Shown in pieces: positions 56,454 through 64,000 of a stretch of DNA of 64,000 bases. The notes beneath the pieces are model-generated. The model was not told the origin of the DNA, did no database searches, and worked only from the letters and a program-made list of their open reading frames with translations. Both the position numbers and the translations under genes were made by a program. The DNA is from a bacterium. GTDB lineage: Bacteria; UBA8248. Every line of letters starts with the position of its first letter. The first letter of the stretch is position 1. The stretch lies in contig CBDBZU010000004.1 of assembly GCA_965213625.1 (NCBI GenBank), positions 3,584,001 through 3,648,000 on the forward strand, read 5' to 3'.

Positions 56454-57506
56454 CTAAATATCGATACCGGCCAGAAGTGCTCCCATCTCTATTTTTCTTC
56501 CCTCCTCCGCCGAGCGGCACGAACCCTCCACCAAGGCGAGGGCATGAACGGCCTCCCGTGGACCTGTTTCGGGCGCAACGCCAGTGCGGGCGCAATCTGC
56601 GAATTCCTCCACCTCGTCGAGTATCATGTCCGCCATTTCGGGAACGGGCACGTCCGTCCAGCCGGCCTCGCCCGCATTTTGAATCGCCAGTGTCGTCTCA
56701 TCATTCGTCCGGTGGGCCAGTGTGATGTTCTCGCGAACCATTTCGAGAGAGACTACAGCCTTCGTGCCGTGCAGCTTGAGCGTGAATACGCCCGGCGTCA
56801 CGAAACTCGTCATCAGGGTCGAGACGGGGCCTCCTTCGTGTTCGGTGATTGTCATGGTAACGTCGTCTATCTCAGCAGGCGTGACAAGCTTTTTATGCAC
56901 CCCGGTAACGCTTACGGGCTCGCCCAACAGGTAGTTCAGCGTGTCACAGTGGTGAATCCCCATCTGCATGAGAGGGCCGCCCGGACACTCGTCTCTAAAA
57001 TAACGCCACCTGTCAGGAGTGAAAAACTGGCCCATGTGATTTGAAAACACCGCCTCCGCCCATAGTGGTTTGCCGATGGTTCCATCTTCAATCAGCGCAC
57101 GGATTTTCCTATGCCCCGCAGCGCGACGGTAGCAATGCCCCACCGCCAAGGTCTTGCCGGACGCTCGCCAGGCTTTGAGCACCTCTGGCGCTTCGGCCAA
57201 AACGTTCGTTATCGGTTTCTCCACCCAGACGTGTTTGCCCGCTTCGAGCGCGGCTATGATTTGGGCCGCATGCACCTTGTTCGGCGTAGTGAGGAGTATC
57301 CCCTCCACGTCGGGATTCTCCAGTATCGCCTCATAGCTGGTCGCCGCCTCACATCCGTACTCTTCTGCGAATGAGGCGCGCTTTTCTTCGTTGCGCGTAT
57401 AGCAGGCAATTAAGTCTATCTTCTCGCTTCTGCGAAGGGCATCACCAATTGGTGTCGCCCACCACCCAAGGCCTACGAGGGCCGTTCTGAAATTTTCCCG
57501 AGACAT
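56454..57506 (-). CDS. Gfo/Idh/MocA oxidoreductase
   Basis: GLGWW, TPN..H, GKHV.VEKP, WR, G.H..D. Confidence 0.9.
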   Translation of the reverse strand: MSRENFRTALVGLGWWATPIGDALRRSEKIDLIACYTRNEEKRASFAEEYGCEAATSYEAILENPDVEGILLTTPNKVHAAQIIAALEAGKHVWVEKPITNVLAEAPEVLKAWRASGKTLAVGHCYRRAAGHRKIRALIEDGTIGKPLWAEAVFSNHMGQFFTPDRWRYFRDECPGGPLMQMGIHHCDTLNYLLGEPVSVTGVHKKLVTPAEIDDVTMTITEHEGGPVSTLMTSFVTPGVFTLKLHGTKAVVSLEMVRENITLAHRTNDETTLAIQNAGEAGWTDVPVPEMADMILDEVEEFADCARTGVAPETGPREAVHALALVEGSCRSAEEGRKIEMGALLAGIDI

Positions 57507-57637
57507 ATAAAAAAACTCCCCGATCTGAAATATCTGGTTCCTGAGATTTTGGCTCCCTTGAGGATGAGTTCCCTCACATTAAACGCATCGACTACATATA
57601 CGCCACCAGACGGCTAGCGCGACCCTTCAGCTGCGCT

Positions 57638-60211
57638 TTACATCAAACTCATCGGGTCTACGTCCACCGCCAGACGGACAGAAGAAAAGAAAGCTTGCCC
57701 TTCGAATTCAGCCGCCAGAGATTTGAGCGCTTCACCCAGGCGCTTCGACCCTTTGGCCTTCAAAATCATGTGATACCGCCAAACTCCGCGAATCCTCACG
57801 AGAGGCGCCGGCGCGGGACCCAGGTATTCGATTCTATCCGTATCAATGGCGCGTCCTGACGCCGCAGCGCCATGCCTACGCAAGTAAGACGCCACCCATT
57901 CACCAGCTTTCGCCGCCAAGTGCTTGTTCTTGGACTCGAAACGGAGTCTGGCCAATCGTCGATACGGCGGGTAGCCCATCCGCTCCCTCGCCAGAGCTTC
58001 CCGTTTATAGAATCCGGCGTAATCATGCGTCCGCGCGCACTGAACCGCAAAATGATCCGGCCTGAACGTCTGAATGATGACTTCACCGGGTAGATCGGCT
58101 CGGCCCGCCCGGCCGGCCACCTGGGTCAATAGCTGAAAAGTGCGCTCGCTCGCCCTGAAGTCGGGCAGATGAAGCCCGACGTCGGCCACCACGACGCCCA
58201 CGAGCGTCAGTTTCGGAAAATCATGGCCCTTCGCCACCATTTGCGTCCCGATGAGTATGTCGATCTCCCCGCATCGCATGGCGCCAAATATGCTCTCGTA
58301 TGCGCCTGACCGACGCACAATGTCTCGATCCAGACGCTGGACGCGAGCACCCGGGAATCGCGCTTTAACGGCCTGCTCGACGCGCTCGGTACCAACGCCG
58401 AAGTAACCCACCCGACCGCTGCGGCAGGAGGAGCAACTGTTCGGCGGATGCGCGCTGTAATCGCACCAATGGCACTGCACCCTGCCCCCGCCTTCCCGAT
58501 GAAAAGTCAGCGGGATGGAGCAATGAGGACACTGAAGCGCCTCACCACAATCGCGGCACAAGATGACCGAAGAGAAACCGCGCCGGTTCAGAAACAAAAG
58601 CGTCTGCTCACCTCGCTCCAGGCGTTCACCGATAGCCGCCGCCAAATCGCGCGTGAGAAGCTCGGGCGTCTTGGGGTCGGAACCGGCTTCTTTTCTCAAA
58701 TCCACCAGGCGCACCTGCGGCAATGTCCCCCCCGTTGGCCGGTGCGACAACAAGCGCAGGCGGTAGCGGCCGCTTCTGGCGCTCGTATAGCTTTCAATCG
58801 ATGGCGTTGCGGAACCCAACACGACCGGTATTCCCAGATTCCTGGCGCGCACGATTCCGGTATCCCGCGCATGGTAGCGAGGGGATTCCTCCTGTTTGTA
58901 GGAGCCGTCGTGCTCCTCATCCACCGCGATCATCCCCAGATTTGGAATCGGGGCAAAAACGGCGGACCTCGTGCCCACTACAATGGGCGCATCCCCGTTC
59001 TTGATGCGCCGCCATTCCGATAGGCGTTTTTTGTCGGAATACGCACTGTGCAGACAGGCCACCGAATGCCCGAAGCGCTCCTGAAACCGCCCTAGAAGCT
59101 GGGGAGTCAGGCCAATTTCCGGGACCAGAATCAACGCGCCCAGCCCGTTTTCCAAGGCTTTTTGCGCAAGCTGGATGTAGACTTCCGTTTTTCCGCTTCC
59201 CGTGACGCCGTGAAGAAGCGTGACCGAAAAATTCTTTTGTTCAATGTCCGTTTTCACCAGTTCATACGATTCTTTCTGCTCATCGGTCAGACCCATAGAG
59301 GGCGCGATCGGACTTGGACTCGGCTCTTTCATATCCTCCGCGTCAGGGAGGAGGCCTTCTTCTACCTCGACCCATCCTTTTTTCTCCAAAGCCGCGCAAG
59401 CGGCGCGTGCGCCTTTCGAGAGGATTTCCAGCTCCCCCAGACGCATCCGCTTATCTTGCGCTCGATCCAACAGGCGCAGGATTTCCGCCTGCCGCTTCGC
59501 GCGTTTTTCCAAATTCCTGAGATCATCTTCTTCGGGCTTCCTGCAAAGGCGAACGAATTTGGCCTTCCGCTGTTTAGAACCACCTACGGCGTCGACGATT
59601 TTCTCCACGAAGCCCGCATCGACCAGACGCATGAGTTCCGGGCGCGTTCCGCGCCCGAACGACGCCGTAAGAGAATGAAGAGTCCGAGGACCCTTGCGAA
59701 GCGCAACCAGAATGCGCGCTTTGTGGCTTCCCTTTCCATCCGAGGGTTTAAGGCCGGGTAGACTCAGGCCGCCTTCTTCGAACGCAGCCTCAAGCCGACC
59801 CGCCTCACTCAGCCGATAACGCTCTACCGTTTTCTTCTCCTTGTGGGACGGCAACGCGAATTTAAGCGCCTCCCCCCAGCCGCAACAATAATATTCCGCC
59901 ACCCATCCGGTGAGTTCCAATAGCTCGGGCGTGAGCAACGGCTCGTCGTCAATCATCTCCAGAACGGATTTAATTGAGCTGGGCTCGACTCCGGGGGGCG
60001 GGTTCTCGCCCGGCGGCTGGATGACATATCCCGTCACCTTCCGATTACCCAGCGGCACCAGCACGCGCAGCCCGGGTGCCAGCCTCTCCGAGAACTCATG
60101 CTCTACCCGGTAGGTGAGCGGATTTAGCTGGGGAACGCTGAGCGCGACTTCGACATACCAGTTCCCCTGTTCATGCGCTCGCGCGGCCTCTTTTTTGATG
60201 ACGTATTTCAC
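57638..60211 (-). CDS. priA: Primosomal protein N'
   Basis: GVTGSGKTEVY, VPEI.LTPQ, DEEH, LNRRG, four CxxC, GTQMVAKGHDF, QVAGRAGR, DVDP; GTG start overlaps upstream stop. Confidence 0.97.
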   Translation of the reverse strand: MKYVIKKEAARAHEQGNWYVEVALSVPQLNPLTYRVEHEFSERLAPGLRVLVPLGNRKVTGYVIQPPGENPPPGVEPSSIKSVLEMIDDEPLLTPELLELTGWVAEYYCCGWGEALKFALPSHKEKKTVERYRLSEAGRLEAAFEEGGLSLPGLKPSDGKGSHKARILVALRKGPRTLHSLTASFGRGTRPELMRLVDAGFVEKIVDAVGGSKQRKAKFVRLCRKPEEDDLRNLEKRAKRQAEILRLLDRAQDKRMRLGELEILSKGARAACAALEKKGWVEVEEGLLPDAEDMKEPSPSPIAPSMGLTDEQKESYELVKTDIEQKNFSVTLLHGVTGSGKTEVYIQLAQKALENGLGALILVPEIGLTPQLLGRFQERFGHSVACLHSAYSDKKRLSEWRRIKNGDAPIVVGTRSAVFAPIPNLGMIAVDEEHDGSYKQEESPRYHARDTGIVRARNLGIPVVLGSATPSIESYTSARSGRYRLRLLSHRPTGGTLPQVRLVDLRKEAGSDPKTPELLTRDLAAAIGERLERGEQTLLFLNRRGFSSVILCRDCGEALQCPHCSIPLTFHREGGGRVQCHWCDYSAHPPNSCSSCRSGRVGYFGVGTERVEQAVKARFPGARVQRLDRDIVRRSGAYESIFGAMRCGEIDILIGTQMVAKGHDFPKLTLVGVVVADVGLHLPDFRASERTFQLLTQVAGRAGRADLPGEVIIQTFRPDHFAVQCARTHDYAGFYKREALARERMGYPPYRRLARLRFESKNKHLAAKAGEWVASYLRRHGAAASGRAIDTDRIEYLGPAPAPLVRIRGVWRYHMILKAKGSKRLGEALKSLAAEFEGQAFFSSVRLAVDVDPMSLM

Positions 60212-61176
60212 GGACGAGGCGTCCCGCCGCTGAGGATGATACCGAGGTGCTCGCTGGTAAGATTGCGCCCGCTCAGGATTGCGGCGACTCGCTTGTCCTT
60301 CAGGTCCATTTTCATGGCGGCAGCCGTCGGGGCGGCGCCTGCGCCCTCGGCGATAACGTGTACTTCGGAAACGAGCAGGCGAATGGCGTCGCACATCTCC
60401 TCTTCGCTCACGGTCACGATTTCATCCACGTATCGTTTGATCATCGAAAATGTCAGTTCGAAAGGCACCCGCGTAGCAAGCCCGTCAGCGAAGGTGTCCG
60501 CTGAGGGCTGGGGCAGCAATTCCCCTGCATAGAAGCTTTTGTAGAAGGCGGGGGCGTTTTCCGCCTGGACCCCCACAACGTGGATATTGGGGTTGACCTG
60601 TTTGGCGACGAGGCCTGCGCCGCACAAGCCGCTCCCCCCGCCGAGGGGGACGATGAGCACCTCGATATCCGGCTCAGTATCCATGATCTCGAGCGTCTGG
60701 GTAGCCACGCCCGCGATGAGGCGCGGCTCATTGGCTGAGTGAACGTAGCGCATACCTCGTTCTTCGCATTGCTCCTCGCACCAAACCCTGGCGTCGTCGA
60801 AATCCTTGCCCACGAACGCGACTTCCGCTCCCAGCCTCTCGATGGCCGATATTTTATCCGCATTCGCTCCGTTCGGTGCCGCGATCAACGCTTTGACCCC
60901 GAAAATCCGCGCGGCATAGGCAATGGATTGACCATGGTTGCCGGTCGAGGCCGTAATGAGGCCCGCTTGTTTCTCTTCCGGCCCGAGTTGGGAGACCAGA
61001 TTCACGCCGCCGCGCACCTTGAACGCGCCGACGGGCTGCATGGACTCGTATTTGAGGAAATACCGGCACCCGATGCGTTCTGAAATTACAGGCACCTCGT
61101 GAAAGGGTGTGGGCTGCAAGTAGGCGGCGATGCGTTTTTGCGCCTCCAGAACATCGTCAAACGTGGGCTCGCGCAT
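60208..61176 (-). CDS. PLP-dependent threonine/serine dehydratase-like protein
   Basis: AFKVRG, STGNHG, P.GGGSG, T.ADGL, EGAGA, SG.N. Confidence 0.9.
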   Translation of the reverse strand: MREPTFDDVLEAQKRIAAYLQPTPFHEVPVISERIGCRYFLKYESMQPVGAFKVRGGVNLVSQLGPEEKQAGLITASTGNHGQSIAYAARIFGVKALIAAPNGANADKISAIERLGAEVAFVGKDFDDARVWCEEQCEERGMRYVHSANEPRLIAGVATQTLEIMDTEPDIEVLIVPLGGGSGLCGAGLVAKQVNPNIHVVGVQAENAPAFYKSFYAGELLPQPSADTFADGLATRVPFELTFSMIKRYVDEIVTVSEEEMCDAIRLLVSEVHVIAEGAGAAPTAAAMKMDLKDKRVAAILSGRNLTSEHLGIILSGGTPRP

Positions 61177-61356
61177 GGTTCCTCCACAGGTGGGCGTATC
61201 ACATCCTCTTATATCAAAATATCCGTCCCGGAGAGTCCCCGAAAGGTAAGGAGTCCATAGTTTGCGCTATCCGCCTGAAAACCTGCGCATTACGCCCTCA
61301 TCACGAGGCGAAGGTGAATACGGAGTTCGGGCCGTTCCCCTTCAAGGACGTGGATG

Positions 61357-61385
61357 TTGACCCCTTTCTTTGCGCAACCTAGAAT
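61357..61385 (+). promoter_or_regulatory. sigma70-like promoter
   Basis: TTGACC-17 nt-TAGAAT, about 40 nt upstream of the next CDS. Confidence 0.7.
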
Positions 61386-61426
61386 GCCTTGGTGCAAAAA
61401 ACTTTACACCGCCGTGGAGGGTCATG

Positions 61427-61756
61427 ATGAAAAGCGCCCTGGAATTAGCGATGGAGAAAACTTCCGCCATCGGCGAGCAAGCGCGCCTGGAACTGGAAAA
61501 ACTCTCTCCTGAGCAAAGGGACAAGATTGAGGAAATTAAAAAGGTATACGAGGGAAAAATCGCCGAGAAAGACGTTCTCCATCAGCAGGAATTGATGAAA
61601 ATGACGGGCGGCGCTCCCATCGAAGCCGTCGAGGCGCAATTGGAACCCGAGGCCAGAGAGGCGCTGGGCGCATTCCGCCAAAAATTCAGGGACGAGCGCG
61701 AGGCGCTCGAAGCGGAACGCGACGATAAGATTGAAGCCATCAAAAATGAAAGTTAA
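61427..61756 (+). CDS. Helical hypothetical protein
   Basis: GGAGG RBS; MKSA.ELAMEK start; charged coiled-coil. Confidence 0.8.
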   Translation: MKSALELAMEKTSAIGEQARLELEKLSPEQRDKIEEIKKVYEGKIAEKDVLHQQELMKMTGGAPIEAVEAQLEPEAREALGAFRQKFRDEREALEAERDDKIEAIKNES

Positions 61757-61762
61757 ACGCAC

Positions 61763-62734
61763 ATGAGCCGCGTTGCGATTGTCCGTTGCGAAGATTATGA
61801 GAAAGAGCGCGTGAACGACGCCGTAGCCGAGGCTCTAGAAGCCTTGGGCGGGGCCGCGCAATTCGCCTCCAAATCCGAAGAAATCCTCCTGAAACCCAAC
61901 ATCCTCAAAGGCGCGCCGCCCGAGAGTGCGCTGACGACCCATCCTGAAATACTCCGGGCGGTGGCGGAGCAGTTTCAGAATATGGCTACGCCGCCACGGA
62001 AAATATCCATGGGCGACAGCCCCGCCTGGGGAAGTCTCGCGAGTTGCGCCGAGCAAACCGGCTTGTCGAGGGTATGCGAAGAACTTAGGATTCCGCTCGT
62101 CACCTTCCGAAAGGGGGTGAAGGTTCCCAATCCCGATGGAGTCGTTTACGCGCACCTCACCATGGCGAAAGAGGCCATGGATGCGGACGGAATTATTAAT
62201 TTGCCGAAGCTCAAGACCCATTGCCAACTCTACATGACGGGCGCGGTCAAGAATCTCTTCGGCTGCGTAGCGGGAAAAAGAAAGGCGTGGTGGCATTTCA
62301 AGGCGGGAACTTTCGAGGATTACTTCCCGCTCATGCTCGTTGAAACGGCGCGTTTGCTCAAGACGAGGCTCTCCGTACTGGACGCTGTCTACGCGATGGA
62401 AGGCCAGGGACCCGCACAGGGAACTCCCCGCAACGTGGGTCTCATCATCGTGAGCGCCGATCCGGTGGCGCTCGATCGCGTCGCCTGCGAGGTCACGGGA
62501 CTCTCGCCCGAGAAACTCAGAACCCTGGAAGCCGCCCGCGTAACGGGCTTCGGCGAAACGGACCTGGAGAAAATAGAAATAGTGGGGCTGCCTCTTCAGG
62601 AAGCGAGCTTATCCCGTCCCCTGGTCGAGCCGAGGATGATACCGATAGGCTTCAGCATCCCGCGCGTCGTCAAGAGCACGCTGAAGCAGCAGTGGCTCAC
62701 GCGCGTGCGCGAACCCCTCCACAAAGTGTCGTGA
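61763..62734 (+). CDS. DUF362 family protein
   Basis: LKPN, TTHP, GDSP, NLPKLKTH, AVKNLFG, MEG.GP, D.VALD. Confidence 0.9.
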   Translation: MSRVAIVRCEDYEKERVNDAVAEALEALGGAAQFASKSEEILLKPNILKGAPPESALTTHPEILRAVAEQFQNMATPPRKISMGDSPAWGSLASCAEQTGLSRVCEELRIPLVTFRKGVKVPNPDGVVYAHLTMAKEAMDADGIINLPKLKTHCQLYMTGAVKNLFGCVAGKRKAWWHFKAGTFEDYFPLMLVETARLLKTRLSVLDAVYAMEGQGPAQGTPRNVGLIIVSADPVALDRVACEVTGLSPEKLRTLEAARVTGFGETDLEKIEIVGLPLQEASLSRPLVEPRMIPIGFSIPRVVKSTLKQQWLTRVREPLHKVS

Positions 62735-62747
62735 ATTTCAGCTCAGA

Positions 62748-63521
62748 TTAGATATTCGAGCGGCTTTGCGAGCCGTCCACGTTCCAGCAGGCCCCGTGCA
62801 CGAGGCTCGCTCTCGGGCTCACCATAAAGACGGCTACCGCAGAGAGTTCCTCGGGTCGTCCGAACCGGCCCAGCGGCATTTCTGAGTCGACGAAGCCCTG
62901 CAAGCCGTCTGGCGCTTCGTTCACCCGCCGCTCCCAGACCCCGCCCGGGAAAATGATGCTGCCCGGCGCAATCGAGTTCACGCGAATGTTGTCCTGCGCC
63001 GTCTGCTGGGCGAGCCCCTTGGAGAAGCTGATGAGCGCCGCCTTGGAGGCGTTGTAAGTCATCGCGCCCTTCGACTCGCGCCCGTAGATGGAGGCGACGT
63101 TCAGGATGGAGCCGCCGCCTCTTTTTTTCATTTCCGGTATCACGAGGCGCGAGAGCGTCACCGCATGGTAGAGGTTGAATCCGAACCCTTCGCGCCACTC
63201 CTCATCCGTGATGTCGAGAAAGGCCTTGGGATTGCTGCCGCCGACGTTGTTCACGAGAATGTCGACGGCACCGAACGCATCGAGCGTCTTCCGTAGAAAT
63301 GCATTGGGTACACCTTCCTGGGTCACGTCGCCCGTGAAACCCGCCGCGCGTCCGCCGCCCAGCGCGTTCAACTCATCGACGGCCTGATTCAATCGCTCCT
63401 CGCCCCGCGCGCTGATCGCCACGTGGCACCCCTCGCCCACCAGATCTTTTGCGATATGGAAGCCGAGACCTCGACTGCCGCCGGAGATCATCGCCACTTT
63501 ATCGGTGAGCATCAAATCCAT
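62748..63521 (-). CDS. SDR oxidoreductase
   Basis: SGGSRGLG, NNVGG, YNASK, PLGRFG. Confidence 0.92.
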   Translation of the reverse strand: MDLMLTDKVAMISGGSRGLGFHIAKDLVGEGCHVAISARGEERLNQAVDELNALGGGRAAGFTGDVTQEGVPNAFLRKTLDAFGAVDILVNNVGGSNPKAFLDITDEEWREGFGFNLYHAVTLSRLVIPEMKKRGGGSILNVASIYGRESKGAMTYNASKAALISFSKGLAQQTAQDNIRVNSIAPGSIIFPGGVWERRVNEAPDGLQGFVDSEMPLGRFGRPEELSAVAVFMVSPRASLVHGACWNVDGSQSRSNI

Positions 63522-63592
63522 CGTTTTTTCTCCCGAGCTGGTGAACGTCCGGACACCGAGCGAACAGCCCCGCAACGGCATCACACGACGTA

Positions 63593-64000
63593 TTATGCGG
63601 GCTCGTCCAGCGTCTGGGCGGCGCGCAGCAGCGTCATCGAGTCCGTCCCGTCGCCGTGCAGGAAGGTGAGGAGGTCGCGCATCATCTTCTCCGTCGGCGT
63701 CTCCTTCATGATGCCGATGCCGCCGAGAATATCCGTGGCGAAGGCAATCGTCTTGAGCGCCACCTGATCGCTGAACACCTTTCCGTAACGCGTAAAGCGC
63801 GTATTGTAGCTCTCATCGTTCTCCACGCCCCAGCAGATGCGCCACATGAACTGTTCGGCCACCTCGATGTTCATCAACATCTCGGCGAGTTGGTGCTGTA
63901 TCGTCTGGTGCTCGATGATGGGCTTGCCGCCCTGGATGCGTTCTTTCGCGTGCTGGAGGCAGAAATTATAGATGCCGCGCGCGATGCCCGTATTGCACGC
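63593..64000 (-). CDS. Acyl-CoA dehydrogenase family protein, 5' part outside window
   Basis: R.QGGKPIIEHQ, ILGGIG.M.E...EK..RD, GT. Confidence 0.85.
   Translation of the reverse strand, partial: ACNTGIARGIYNFCLQHAKERIQGGKPIIEHQTIQHQLAEMLMNIEVAEQFMWRICWGVENDESYNTRFTRYGKVFSDQVALKTIAFATDILGGIGIMKETPTEKMMRDLLTFLHGDGTDSMTLLRAAQTLDEPA

Noticed and set aside
60212-60394. N-terminal extension of PriA in the ORF track
   Set aside because: Overlaps the dehydratase gene in another frame; GTG at 60211 coupled to that gene's stop is the more plausible start
61200-61350. Structured RNA between the dehydratase and the hypothetical gene
   Set aside because: Only short, weak hairpins; no match to a riboswitch or ncRNA consensus that I can support
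1-64000. Genome-wide reassignment of TGA to Trp or Gly
   Set aside because: Many clear genes (def, the flavoprotein, both Fe-S and anchor subunits, DUF362) end at TGA, and the family-anchored internal TGAs fall only at catalytic-Cys positions

Overview
Bacterial chromosomal window of mostly metabolic genes. It holds two tRNAs (Leu-GAG, Val-CAC), one intact IS1182-family element and many palindromic repeats. There is no CRISPR array or prophage. Main clusters: an SdhA/TfrA-like flavoprotein + membrane anchor + Fe-S subunit + two-subunit hydro-lyase operon, an M16 peptidase pair, a LeuC/D-type pair, a HicAB-type module, a siroheme/sulfite-nitrite reductase operon, three tandem acetamidases, ilvD, hpnCDE, metX and priA. 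The strongest hidden signal is four in-frame TGA codons that the ORF track treats as stops. Three sit exactly at the catalytic-Cys position of their family and are followed by a SECIS-like hairpin: two DsbA/FrnE-like proteins (UxxC and UxxA) and a DUF442 sulfurtransferase-like protein (UX4R). The fourth is an unannotated 46-aa C-P-T-U micropeptide with a weaker hairpin, closing a DsbA(U)-DUF971 operon. Other notable items: a Nudix-HpnC-HpnD triple fusion, a MetX-NIL fusion, non-autonomous elements with IS1182-like ends filled with shuffled REP-like modules, a dif-like site, and a diverged copy of the def 3' end. All family assignments come from motif recognition by eye; no database searches were run.
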